Positions 25,637 to 38,530 of a stretch of DNA of 64,000 bases are shown here, piece after piece (position 1 is the stretch's first letter; every line of letters starts with the position of its first letter). A program made the position numbers and the translations under genes. This DNA comes from Dendrobates tinctorius (Eukaryota): assembly GCF_039654945.1 (NCBI RefSeq), contig NW_027361696.1:50034001-50098000 (forward strand). Reading direction: 5' to 3'. The notes under the pieces are model-generated. The model had not been told where the DNA came from, did not search any database, and saw nothing but the letters and a program-made list of their open reading frames with translations.

Positions 25637-26159
25637 TTAGAGTAAAATGTCACAGAACCGAAATGTCTCACGTTAGTAAAAATTTTTGAGAGATTTCTTA
25701 AAAGTTTGAAATGCATGCAGTACATGATGTGCCGGGTCGCGGTAACAACAGCGTAGCTGGAAAACCCGTGCTAAAAATTGCTACGGAACATGAAACCGTG
25801 GCACACGGCAACGAATGTAACAAGGGGCAACGTCGCAGTGTACGGTATATTCACAGGTAACGGCTGCGGCCATGTTTTACAACTGCAAAGTGCGGTTGTA
25901 AAACATGGCCACAACCGTTACCTGTGAATATACTGTTCACTACGACGTTGCCCCTTTTACGTAACACGTCAAAATCTGCGGTGAAAGTGGTCAATATCGC
26001 ACAACGTTTAATCATACATTGATATTTATTAGTAGATTTGTATTGGGCATAGTGTTCCAGTCATAAAATGGAAGCAAAAACATATTTCTACATTTTGCAA
26101 CTTTAACCTTATAGGATATAGAAATTATTTTGACCTTTTTTTTTTTTTGTGTGTAATGC

Positions 26160-26500
26160 CTCCTGCAAGATGGCCGCTGCAGAGGGACGATCACATGACG
26201 GGACCGTCTTCCTGTTTTCGGCAACCGGTGACGTCACAGGCAGCATAACGTGCTCCTCCCATTGGTTGAGCATCATCTGTGCGGGATCTTTTTTTTCCTC
26301 TTCTACTTGGTTGTGATGGAAACGGCGTTGAGGCGCTGACCTCTGAGGTTTGCCCGGAGGGACGAGGTGAGGAGTGAGGTCATGTGACCAGAATGGTGGT
26401 GGGAGATGGTGGACTGTGACGTGTGACACTAGGGACCGGTTCTGGTGAGGGTCGAGCTGTGCTGCTTAGGGGACGGAGACCACCCAGTCACGTGACGTCT
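26160..26500 (+). promoter_or_regulatory. CpG-rich housekeeping-type promoter with probable non-coding first exon
   Basis: YY1-type CAAGATGGCCGC (26166), E-boxes TCACATGAC (26191), GTCATGTGAC (26379), GTCACGTGAC (26487), ETS CTTCCTG, full CRE TGACGTCA (26229), reverse CCAAT (26261); donor GAG|GTGAGG at 26367. Confidence 0.7.
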
Positions 26501-27039
26501 GCAAACAGGAGACTGTGCAGATACTGCACATAGAGGAACCTCCCATCCACTTCAATTGGGGAGTGACCAGGCTTAAAGGGATTGTCCAGGATGGGGGGGG
26601 GGGGAATTTCACTGGTGAGTGTTATTGTTTATTTTTTTTTTTTTGCATTATTTACATTTATTATTATTTACCTTTCTTTAACCCCTTAATGATCAGGCCA
26701 AATCTCACAATTCTGACCACTGTCACTTTGAGGTAATAACTCTGGAATGCTTCCATGGATCCAGGGCCGGTTTTAGGCAAAATGGGGCCCTAGACAAAGT
26801 TTAAAATGGAGCCCCAAATGCTAACATATTACACATCACACAGAAGCATTTCGGTTGTAGTTACATGCGCTGAGTTCAGGCCGCTAAATGAGTGTGATCG
26901 ACAATATTGAAATCGTTCAACACTTGTTTCCCGGCCTCTTTATGCCATCTGAGAAAGAATGATGGGAACAGAACGATCACTAATGGATCAATCTGTCCCC
27001 ATACAGTATCATATTATCAGCAGCACATCTACAGTTTAC

Positions 27040-27810
27040 ACCCCATAGTCCTCCATATAGTATAATACACTCCTCAGTCCTCCATATAGTATAATACACT
27101 TCTCATAGCCATCCATATGTTAAAATACACTCAGTCCTCCATATAATATAATACACTCCTCCATATATTAAAATACACTGCTCAGTCCTCCATATAGTAT
27201 AATACACTCCTCATAGTGCTCCATATAGTATAACACACTGCCAGTCATCCATGTAGTACAATTCACTTCCCATAGTATAATGCACAATATAGTTCTTCAT
27301 ATAGTATAATGTATTCCCCATAGTCCTCGATACAATATAATGCAGCCCACATATAGTATAATGCAGCCCCGCCATACAATATAATGTAGCCCCCATAGAA
27401 TATAATGCAGCCCCCTCTTATAGTGTAATGAAGCTACCTCTTAGAGCATATTGCAGCCACCAGACGGAATATAATGTAACCCCGAATAGAATACAGCCTA
27501 CCTCCCCATAGAATATAATGTAGCCCCCATATTATATAACACAACCTCCCCCATAGAATATAATATATAATGTACCCCACATAGTATATAACATAGCCCA
27601 CATGGTATACAGCACAGCACCACATGGTATACCAGACAGCACCACGTGGTATATAGCACAACCCCACATGGTATATAGCACAGCCTCACATGGTATACAG
27701 CACAGCTCCACATGGTATACAGCACAGCACCATAGTGTACAGCACAACCCCACATGGTATACAGCACAGCACCATGGTATGCAGCACAGCACCATGTTAT
27801 ATAGCACAGC
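27040..27810. repeat. Graded minisatellite (about 20-30 bp units: CCTCCATATAGTATAATACACT grading to CATGGTATACAGCACAGCAC)
   Basis: Tandem units seen directly; they generate the spurious YTMW/CCAV ORFs. Confidence 0.85.
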
Positions 27811-28222
27811 CCGCATCTCTCTCCCCCCCCCCCCCCCCCAGAGAATGGCCCCACAGTCCAGTACTCATTGTTACATTAAAAAAAATACACACACTCCTCA
27901 CCTTCTCCTCGTGCCTGCGCTGCTCCCAGCTCCTGTCTCAGCCTGCTCTGCCTGGCACACAGTGAGTGCGCGATGACATCATCGCGCACCCGCAGTGTCA
28001 GAGGCAGAGCGGGGAATGATGGGAGAGGGAGCGTCAGCTTACACTCTCTCCTCCATCATTGCTTTGAACTGACGCCGGTATAGTTCAATGCGGGAGAAGG
28101 GGCAGTCGACGCTGGCGGCAGGCGGGCCCCCCTGCCTCACAGGCCGCATAGCAGCTGCGTGATGTGCCGCTAGCTGGGGGCTACTGGGGGAGCGGGGGCC
28201 CTAGGCAACTGCCTGCCCCTAA

Positions 28223-28601
28223 GGCTATGTGCACACGTTGTGGATTTTGCTGCAGATCCACAGCATTTCTGGCCCTGCGGGTCCGCAGCAGAATCTGCTG
28301 CATTGTACAGTACCATTTTACTCTATGTAAAATGGAAACCGCTATGCAGACGCTGCGGAATTTTCCGCGCGGTTTTGCTGCGGTTTCAAATCCGTAGAAA
28401 GAAATGACATGTCACTTCTTTTCTGCGGATTCCGCTGCAGTTTGCCATCTCCTCCATTGTTGAGGTGATAAACCGCAGGGCAAAACCGCAGCCTAATCCG
28501 CAGGTAAACCGCAGGTCTTTTGACCTGAAATTTACCTGCGGATTTTTACAAAATCTGCGGGGACAAATCCGCAGCACCAAAAAATACGTGTGCACATACC
28601 C
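28223..28601. mobile_element. Harbinger-type MITE nested at the end of the hAT element
   Basis: TAA/TAA duplication; GGCTATGTGCACACG...CGTGTGCACATACCC. Confidence 0.85.
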
Positions 28602-29037
28602 TAAAGCCGGCCCTGCATGGATCCTGGTGATTCTGAGATTGTTTTTTCGTGACATATTGTACTTCATGATACTGGTAAAATTTCTTTGATCTGACTTGCG
28701 TTTATTTCTGAAAAAAAAAAAAAATTTGGAAAATTTTGAAATTTTCAAACTTTTAATTCTTATGCAATTAAATCGGAGAGATATGTCACACAAGTAACAT
28801 TTCCCATATGTCCACTTTACATCAGCACAATTTTGGAAACAGAATTGTTTTTTTTGTTAGGAAGTGTGAGGGATCTCGCAGGGGAAGGGGGGGGGTCGAC
28901 TTTGCTCACCTCGAGGGGAGGGGAGAGAAGGACCTAGTAGGAGTCGGCTCTATGACGCCACCACGCCCCAGGTCAGTCAGGGAACGGCATCAAGGGCAAA
29001 TAGTCGCCGGAAAGGCTTCCCTTATAAGTACGAGTTG

Positions 29038-29442
29038 GGCTAGGTTCAGATTTGCGAATGTCAGAGCTGTGGAGGGCTGCGTAGTTCTTCCATTCAGCTC
29101 CGCCTATGTCTGCATGCGGCCTGCGTACCTATCTTTAACGTTGGGTACGCAGGCCGTGCAGATGTATGCTGATGCGTCCACATGCATCGTTTTGACGCTT
29201 CGGCGACTGCAACAAAATGCAACATGTTGCGTTCGACGCAGGTCGCTGCAGCATCAAAACGATGCATGTGGACGCATCAGCATACATCTGCACGGCCTGC
29301 GTACCCAACGTTAAAGATAGGTACGCAGGCCGCATGCAGACATAGGCAGAGCTGAACAGAGGAGTTGTGACAGTGGGCGGAGCTTCATGGAGGAACTACG
29401 CAGCCCTCCACAGCTCTGACATCTGCAAATCTGAACCTAGCC
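29038..29442. mobile_element. Near-perfect palindromic Harbinger-type MITE
   Basis: About 200-bp inverted arms (GGCTAGGTTCAGATTTGC...GCAAATCTGAACCTAGCC); TTG/TTA flanks. Confidence 0.8.
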
Positions 29443-30431
29443 TTAGTGAGACACTCCCAGTGGGGGGGGGAGATATACATCACCAGTCCAGGCTGGGGAT
29501 ATATATATATGTATAAACCCCCCGGCCGTCACTGTCAGGGCTCCTCACTAACACAATACGGTATTCTGCCACCAGTTCCTCGTTTGAAATAAGCCCCGAC
29601 TGACAACAGGCTTATATCGGGTCAGGAACCAACCCGGTAGCGTATCATATAACCAGCCGAGCGTACAGACGTGGGGATTCGTGGATCGAGATAAAAGAGC
29701 AGCCCAATATTAATTTTATATTTAATCGCCTAAAAGGCGCACTAGAAATATACAAGCATATATTTACAGAACAATATACAAGTATGCAGTCAGGGGAGTA
29801 GTACAAGGATAGGGTATAGATAGGTTGCAATTACTGTGTTATGTAGCATGTGACCACAGGGAGGCGCTGATGGATCACAGGTCCAAAATTTATTTACAGG
29901 CTTTCCTGGCTCTGTCTGATAACGGGTCCTCCAGCCAGAAGAAAGCTGGGCCTGGGCTCCAAAATGAGGTGCTGACACTTATCTCCTTGGCTGCTCCTCC
30001 CGCGCTCTGCACCCACCCCTGGGCTTGTGCAGCCTCTCTCCTCCCATCTCTGAGAGTATGATTTCCAGTCCAGAACCGTGAATGGTCCACAACTTTCTGC
30101 GTGAAGCTCTGAATGGATTGGCAGCAGTGCCACTGGATTTGGCTCGATTTTATCTGCGCAGAAAGTCCAAATATGCCTACCGTATGTAATTCCGGGTGGC
30201 TAAGCTTTATAACTCCCTAGCGCAGAGTGCTACCATTGGCTGCCGGGCACCTACGTATGGGGAAAGGAACGCCAATTCGGGTGATGTGCTCGGCTCTGCT
30301 CAGAGATATTGCATTCTGTTATTATAGGTCATTTTCCAGATTTAATACCTCATAGCCTTGCTGTGATTTGTTGTATGATGAGGCATATCCATGTGTTTCA
30401 AGTAGGGCAAAAGTCTTCAGTTTGCCTGTAA

Positions 30432-30809
30432 GGGTACCGTTACACTTAGCGATGCACCAGCGATCCCGACAACGATATGGATCACTGGTGCATCGCTAAG
30501 TGGTCGCTAGTGAGCTGCCACACAGGCAGATCTCACCAGCGACATAGCAGGGGTCGCTACTTACCTGTCAGACGCAGCGATCCTGATGTCCTCCCGCCCG
30601 CCTCCACGCGTCGCTCGTCGACGCCACAGGAAGCACCCGGCGAGAAATGGTCCAGGACGTTCTCGCGCGACCAGCGATGATCAGCGGGGGAGCCGGTCGG
30701 AGGTAAGTATCAGACACAGCGATATCGCTAGCAATATCGCTATAACGTCACAAAAACCAGTGACGTTATAGCGATATTGCTAGCGATATCGCTATGTGTA
30801 ACGGACCCC
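30432..30809. mobile_element. Harbinger-type MITE (same family as 4617..5019)
   Basis: TAA/TAA duplication; TIR GGGTACCGTTACAC...GTGTAACGGACCCC. Confidence 0.85.
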
Positions 30810-31587
30810 TAACTTGCAGGGGATTTCGTGCCTTTGTGTTATGAGCTTCAAAGGATTTGTTCTTGGTTTTTAATTAAAGATGATCACTGCATTGCTTTTT
30901 ATGGCCTTGGGGGATGCCAGGGTGGGGGCACATTTCAGGAGTGGAGAGAATTGTACTTCGTCCTTCACATGATGTTATAAGGGTTAAAAGTTGACCAGCG
31001 ATTTCTCATTTTTCCAACAAAATTTACAAAACCATTTTTTTAGGGACCACCTCACATTTCAAGACCCAATACCCAAAAGTGCCACCATTCTAAAAACTGC
31101 CCCCCTCAAGGTGCTTAAAACCAAACTCAAGAAGCTTATTAACCCTTCTGGTGCTTCACAGGAATGTGGAATGAAAAAATAAACATTTAACTTTTTTCAT
31201 AAATTTTTTTTTTTTACTTTAGACCCAAACATTTTTATTTTCACAAGGGTGCCAAGGTAAACTTGACCCATAAAATTTGTTGTGCAATTTGTCTTGAATA
31301 CGCTGATATCCCATATGTGGGGGAAATCCACTGTTTGGGCGCACAGCAGAGCTCGGAAGTGAAGGAGCGCCATTTGAACGCAAAATTGGCTGGAATCGAG
31401 AGCGGACGCCATGTTGCACTTGGAGAGCCCCTAATGTGCCTAAACAGTGGAAACCCCCCACAAGTGACACCATTTTGGAAACCACACCCCTCAAGTATTT
31501 TATCCTGGGGTATAGTGAGCATTTTGAACCCACAGGTACGACACAGAATTTGAGAACATTAGGTGTACATATTGAATACACTGTCAT

Positions 31588-31784
31588 TAGCATTGAGCGC
31601 AAGTCCTGGCCACACCAGTTTGCATCGGGTGCTCGGGTATGCACCGAATATCGCGGGTGCTCGTGTGACAAGCCCGAGTTCATGCCCCACATGTTTCGTT
31701 GCTGTTGTACATCCCCCCCAATAAATTTGTAGATCCGCGATACTCCGTGCATACCCAAGTAGCGAACACTTGCGCTCAGCACTA
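31588..31784. mobile_element. hAT MITE
   Basis: TIR TAGCATTGAGCGCAAGT...ACTTGCGCTCAGCACTA; 8-bp flanks ACTGTCAT/GCTGCCAT (6/8). Confidence 0.65.
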
Positions 31785-33343
31785 GCTGCCATATTGTCAT
31801 CTTTTTTTTTTTTTTTTTTCTACCTATTTACAACAATTTAAAACAACAAATCTAACTGCAAAAAATGGAAAAAAAATATATTTTTTAAATTTTTATAATT
31901 TTTATTTAACTAAGGAGGTGATAATGAGGGATTTGATTTACTATTTTTTTTAATCACTGTGATAGTGTTTAATCACAGTGATTAAAAGGAACCAATAGGA
32001 AAAATTTTGCCGGGTAGCGGCCATCAGACCTCGGCAGGCACACTGGATATGCACCCGTTTTTTCAGAATTTGACGTGGAGGACCGAGGGACAGAGCAGGA
32101 GGGTCCGGGGATGGTGCAGGTATCGAGAAGGCATGGAGGACTCCATTTCTCTTCTCTCTGATATGCTAGATCATATTAGAGGAGAGAGAAATTATTTTTT
32201 TTTTTGTGATTGTCGTTATTCTATTCTGTGATCACGTGATAGGAGATCATAAAAACCACCTGCTTCCCTGGGAGCTGAGATCCCGGAGATTTTCCGACGC
32301 TGGGGGGCGCTATACCCTTATTTCTCAGCACCATTAAAAAGCAGTGCTGAGGAGTAAGTACCCTAATTACCGTCATTTAAAGGCGTACCTGCGTTCGGTA
32401 AGGGGTTAATCCTGTTATTTTGGGATTCAGAGCCTTTGAAGAGATTTATTATTGGGTTCTTTTGTGTTTTTTTTTTTTTTTTTTTTTTTTCTCATGTTTT
32501 CATTTGCACCTTTTTTCGTTTTATTTTGTGTCTATTTTACGAGTTCACCTGTTTTGTTTCTTTTTTTTTTTTAACATAAGTCACGTCGAGCAAAGTTTTG
32601 TATCCAGTCGACTCATCAACTTTATATGAAGTTGCATTATTTTTGGCTCAAATGTCATTCCCTCCCACCTACCCCGGCGTGATTTTATACATGTCTGTCT
32701 GTACATTTTTTGTTCTAGAAAAATGCAACAAAAAGGGGTAAAAGATTAAAAAACAAACGGTAGAATTGCATTAATGAATCACATGCGCCATGTTGACAAA
32801 TTTGGCACAAAAAAGATCAACAGTTAAAATATTAAAAAAGATAAAAAAACAAAACACAAGTGATGACTTTAGGCCATTGATGTTAATGATATTACAACCC
32901 AAATTCACTATTAAATAAAATAATGGTCACCAATGCCATTCATTAATTCCAGCCGTCCGGGATCGGAGAAAAATGATGATACTGCTCGTTTTCAATGCCT
33001 TAAGGTGCTGCAGTCAGTGGTTACCGCAGCATCTAGGTGGTTAGACAGAGGGAGAGGCTCCCTCAGTTATTGAATCCTCTCACGCTCGATCCCGGATTCC
33101 TAGATCTTGTCCGTTGCGGACAGTGTGTGCAAGCACCGTAGTAAAGAGCTTGTAAGCCCTAGGAGACGATCTACAGTGTGAAGACACCTAAACAAACAGC
33201 ACCCCGTGTTAGGGTTACTGCTATGCGAGGCTTCATATTATTTATGGTATATGGGAACATTTAAGGTCCTTTTTCTGCGATCAGCCCTCTTCTAGGGATC
33301 AGTCTTGTATCTTTCTAGAGGGGAAAATTGTGGATTTGCTTAA

Positions 33344-33686
33344 GGCCATGTGCACACGATACAGATTTCCAGCGGATCCACAGCGGATTTTACCACGCAG
33401 AGACGCTGCATATCCGCATTGTGATGTACAGTAGCATGTTAATCAATAGAAAAAAAAAACGCTGTGCAGACGCTGCGGATTTTTCCGCGCGGTTTTCTAG
33501 TTCAAAATATGCAGCATGTCACTTCTTTTGTGCGTTTTTCCACCTGCTCCATTCTCCAAATCCGCACGAAAACCGCAAAAAAACAGGAAGAAATCCTCAG
33601 GAAAAATGCAGGTCATTTGACCTACGGATTTCTTCAATTCTGCACGGAAAAATCCGCAGAGCAAAAAAGTACGTGTGCACTTAGCC
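33344..33686. mobile_element. Harbinger-type MITE (GTGCACACG family)
   Basis: TAA/TAA duplication and TIRs. Confidence 0.8.
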
Positions 33687-36600
33687 TAATAGTTCCTCCG
33701 GTAAATGTCCGACTGCTGCATATGAAACCCTCAACTGCAAAGACTTTGGGAAGTAAGACCCCAATCGTAACACCATCAGGAGCTCTAGCAAAGACAAGGT
33801 AGTGTGTGGCACAGGGGGTTCACGATCCATGTATGCGACAGTGTGACACCAATTTAGCAGGGTTGACTTTTGACGAGTGCACTGGCTGGAATAATATGCC
33901 CCAAACGCATTGTATTTTTATTTTTTTTTATTTATGAATTTGGTGTACGACGGTCGGTGACTTGAGTACATTTCTGTCGTAATTTACGATACTATTGTGA
34001 AATAAATTATGATGAATTTGTCGGCAGCGCTCTGGCACGCACCCTCTCGGCTGATTTTTGGAAAGCTGGCAGAAGTGGATACGACTGGCATAAAAAAAGC
34101 ACCACAAGCTTTTGCACTCCTACGAGCTTTTCAAAAACTTTGCAACTTTTCAAACAGTTTTACTCCTGAATTCTTGCACAAACTGATGAATTGGGGCTGA
34201 AATAAGCTATATATGTATAGACCCATTATTACTTACAGATTTTCCTCCCGATCCCATACACATGCACACTCGTCTCAACTGAATGTGCATGTGCTTGAAA
34301 AAGTGAGAAACCTCTGTCACAAGCTTATCCTTCTTGAGAACAAAATATGGGGCCCATTGGAATCCAGCATGCTTGACCTTTTTTTTTTTTTTTTTTTTTT
34401 TTGACGACTTCTCCCTCTGGAGATATATTGTACCCCACTATACATATAAAATGGGTTTCTGGTTCTGCCGAAATTAGTGGGTTTTGTACAAGTTGGGTAT
34501 GACCATAGCCATACTGACCTGAAGAATCATATGTCCAGGTCAATTTTACCAAATAATACACTGTAAAAACAAAAAAAAAAAAGGCAGAATTGCTGTTTTT
34601 TATTCTACAATTTTTCTCATTTTTCAGTTCATTTCAGATTAAAATGCATGGTGTCATTCAAAATTACAACTCATCCTGCAAAAAACCCCCAAAAACTAGC
34701 CCCTCACATGGATGGAAAAATAAAAAAAAGGTTACGACTCTTGGATGAAGGGGGAAAAAGCAAAAATGAAAAGTTGATGAGCTCTTGGAGGTTAGAAGGG
34801 TTATTACCGCCAGCTCATTTTTGTAAGAAGAGCAGGACGAGCCTTTGGCTTAAACTGAGGCTTCAGCTAAGGGCCCCTTGAATATCGCAGCACGTTCACG
34901 GCCTGCATTTGTATTCACGTTTAGCCGCCTCCATATATTTTTCTAGAAAGTAGGAGTCTCGCTGTCATCAGTGAGATGAGATTATTTCCTTTCCTGGACG
35001 GCGCACAATATAAGCTCCTGATTTGTGCACAGAACGTGTCCCGTCTGTAGATGCGCAGTAAAACTTGTCGTCTGCACCGTATCAGAATAGGTGATTTACG
35101 CTACTCCCTTCCACAGGGGAAAATTCTGTAACATCTAGACGGCCATCGTGCAACTGGAAAATTGCAATTTTTTTTTCTGTATTCTTAGAGATCGTTCACG
35201 TCTAACAAGTCCGTAGAACTCACATGACCATGAAGAGCTGATTACTGAGCAGTAAAGGGGACCTGTCTGCTCTCCTGGCATGCCTGTTTCAACAAATACT
35301 ATTACTCCCCCTGAATTTTAGATGATTTAATGGATTTCAATAGGTCGGGGCCAACTAAAAAGAAAAATACACCTTCCCACAATCTTTATACAAAGGATAG
35401 CAACGGTGGAGGGCGCACTTGCTTTACTGCCACTTCATCCCTGCAAAGTAATACACAGCTACGCTTACACCACAACTGCCAGGATTGAAGAAATCGCTGA
35501 TCCGGTAGTTGACGCTCTCAGTTGCGTGATCATTACAGGGTGGACCACCTTGTGGCTGTTATTACCGGTAGATGACACAAAACGTGATTAACTGCAGCGG
35601 TGACATGCACTGTAGGTGTAATGTCATTGTTGCAGCTTGTATACTAAAACCAGTACAGCAGCAGAGCGGCAGCTCTGCACCCAGGGATGGTATGTGGGAG
35701 CTCTTCTAATTATTTTAATCAAGCGAATTGAGTCAAGAAGATTATACCTCGAAAACCCAAGATTGTCGCATTGACGCAAATATAAATTTTTGAATGGTTA
35801 GATGAAAAATGGTCCAATTTTAAGAGATTTAAAAGGTTGTCCACCCTTTCCCCCTTTTAAAATAACCTTTTGATACTCCACTGCTTCTCATAGCGCTGCA
35901 GGAGTCTCCTGCCGGTCTTGGTTGCCTCTTGTTTCGTATGTGACCTCTGTGGCCACTAACTTACAGTAGCGGTGACATGACTGACCTGACTGTATTGGAA
36001 TGGGTGTCTGTACGTACCTTTTCCGTTCATATGGTCATGTGATCGCTGCAGCTTTGACTCTTTGTAGAGGATGCTGCAATCACATGCCCGTCCCGGACAG
36101 AAAGGTAAGTAACGAGACCGGCTGAGGACTTCAGCAGCGCTAACGAGGAACTGCAGGGGATCGGTAGGTCAGTCCAATTTATTCTTCGATCATGCCAGGC
36201 CTGGTTTTGAGGAGTGGGAAAAAAGAGGTGGACAAGCCCCTTAATATTACGATGGAACAAAAGAATATAAGCCCCTGAGTTAAACATTCCATCATAATTA
36301 TTTTGTAAACTAAGAAAAGAAAGTTGCTCAGATCTTTGAGAAAGTGAAGAAAGATAAACCCAGGCCGACATCTCAATGTCCGTCACCCTTCCGGTTTTGT
36401 TTTTTTTTTGAAGGAGCTCAAGTGTGAATTTTTATGAAAAAAAACCTCGACTGCACCAACCAAGAGCTGGCTTTATATCATATTTTTCTGCTTGTGACTG
36501 AACCGTGAAATACAATAATTACCCTGGCCAGCTAACCTTACAGGAGATTGCCCTCTTCACTGGCCACTATCAGATTTTTTTTTAAAGGCTCACAAATCGT

Positions 36601-36819
36601 CAGTGCAGGAATTGAAGATTAACATTGTGTCCGGATGTTATAAGCTATATGAGAAATTAATGGGCAGGCAAAAGAAAAGGCATCAATTCTATCCCGTTAT
36701 GGATGGTCAAAGCGTATGAAGTAGACCTCCCGTCTATTTCCACAAAATGATATCCAAAATAATAACATTAATGTAAGAAGAAATATTATAGGAAAAGGGA
36801 TGCATGCTATGAAATACTG

Positions 36820-38530
36820 TCAGTACAAGAATATAACTACTATAATACTGCCCCTATGTACAAGAATATAACTACTATAATACTGCCCCTATGTACAATA
36901 TAACTACTATAATACTGCCCCTTATATACAATAATATACAGTGGGTACGGAAAGTATTCAGACCCCTTTAAATGTTTCACTCTTTGTTTCATTGCAGCCA
37001 TTTGGTAAATTCAAAAAAGTTCATTTTTTTCTCATTAATGTACACCCTGCACCCCATCTTGACTGAAAAAAAACACATTTTTGCAAATTTATTAAAAAAA
37101 GAAAAACTGAAATATCACATGGTCGTAAGTATTCAGACCCTTTGCTCAGTATTGAGTAGAAGCACCCTTTTTAGCTAGTACAGCCATGAATCTATTTGGG
37201 AATGATGCAACAAGTTTTTCACACCTGGATTTGGGTATCGTCTGCCATTCTTCCTTGCAGATCCTCTCCAGTTCTGTCAGGTTAGATCGTGAATGTTGGT
37301 GGATAGCCTGGTCTCTCCAGAGATTCTCAATTGGGTTAAGGTCTGGGTTCTGGCTGGGCCAGTCAAAAATTGTCACAGAGTTGTTCCAAAGCCACTCCTT
37401 TGTTATTTTAGCTGTGTGCTTAGGCTCATTCTTTTGTTGGAAGGTGAACCTTCTGCTAAGTCTGAGGTCCAGAGCACTCTGGAAGAGGTTTTCATCCAGG
37501 ATATCTCTGTACTTGGCCGCATTCATGTTTCCTTTATTGGCAACCAGTAGTCCTATCCCTTCATCTGAAAAACACCCCCATAGCATGATGCTGACACCAC
37601 CATGTTTCACTGTTGGGATTGTATTGGGCAGATGATGAGCAGTGCCTGGTTTCTTCGTCTCATCAGGTCAGAGAATCTTATTTCTCATCGTCTGTGAGTC
37701 CTTCATGTGTTTTTTAGCAAACTCTATGCGGGCTTTCATATGTCTTGCACTGAGGAGAGTCCTTTGGGCCACTCTGCCATAAAGGCCCGACTGGTGGAGG
37801 GTTGCAGTGAACTTTGTGGAACTTTCTCCCATCTTCCTACTGCGTCTCTGGAGCGCTCAGCCAGAGTGATCTTGGAGTTTTTATTTACCTCTCTCTCACC
37901 AAGGCTCTTCTCCCACGATTGCTCAGTTTGGCTGGACGGCCAGGTTTAGGAAGACTTTTGGTGGTCCCAAACTTCTTTCATTTAAGGATTATGGAGGCCA
38001 CTGTGCTCTTAGGAACCTTGAGTACTGCATAAATTATTTTGTAACCTTGGCCAGATCTGTGCCTTGCCACAATTCTGTCTCTGAGCTCCTTGGCCAGTTC
38101 CTTTGACCTCATGATTCTCATTTAGTCTGACATGCACTGTGAGGTCTTATATAGACAGGTGTGTGCCTTTACTAATCAAGACCTATGAGTTTAATTAAAC
38201 ACAGCTGGACTCCAGTGAAGGAGTAGAACCATCTCAAGGAGGATCACAAGGAAATAGGCAGCATGTGACTTAAATATGAGTGTCTGAGCAAAGGGTCTTT
38301 TTTTAATAAATTTGTAAAAGTTTCTACATTTCTGTTTTGTTTAGTTTTTTTTCAGTCAAGATGGGGTGCAGAGTGTAGATTAATGAGAAAAAAATGAACT
38401 TTTTTGAATTTACCAAATGGCTGCAATGAAACAGAGAGAAAAACTTTATAGGGGTCTGAATACTTTACGTACCCACTGTAACTACTATAATACTGCCCCT
38501 ATGTACAAGAATATAACTAGTATTATACTG
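36820..38530. repeat. About 35-bp minisatellite (ATAACTACTATAATACTGCCCCTATGTACAAGAAT) split by a Tc1 insertion
   Basis: Units visible at 36820-36938 and 38479-38530. Confidence 0.8.
36939..38478 (-). mobile_element. Tc1-like DNA transposon, defective transposase
   Basis: TA|CAGTGGGTACGGAAAGTATTCAGACCCC...CCCACTG|TA; minus-strand KHGGVSIMLWGCF, QQKNEPKH (degenerate QDND), DLNPIENLW; frameshifts and deletion. Confidence 0.93.

Larger units (their letters stand above)
26762..28615. mobile_element. hAT-type element carrying a minisatellite
   Basis: Perfect 8-bp duplication CATGGATC (26754-61, 28616-23); TIR CAGGGCCGG...CCGGCCCTG. Confidence 0.85.
28865..30969 (-). mobile_element. Probable solo LTR with two MITEs inserted
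   Basis: TGTGAGGGA...TCCTTCACA inverted TG..CA ends interrupt the piggyBac-like host; TSD only partly matching (GGAAG/TGATG); minus-strand AATAAA near 29890. Confidence 0.55.
26682..32405. mobile_element. piggyBac-like non-autonomous element hosting several nested insertions
   Basis: TTAA|CCCCTTA...TAAGGGG|TTAA termini; host sequence resumes across each insertion; its right end is the reverse complement of the element starting at 40461. Confidence 0.75.

Noticed and set aside
26591-26620. ATG plus CTG|GTGAGT donor as a first coding exon
   Set aside because: It follows a TTAAAGGG repeat-like start and a poly-G tract, and I found no downstream exon in a matching phase.
27211-27976. Cys/Tyr-rich repetitive ORFs
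   Set aside because: Minisatellite translations inside a hAT element.
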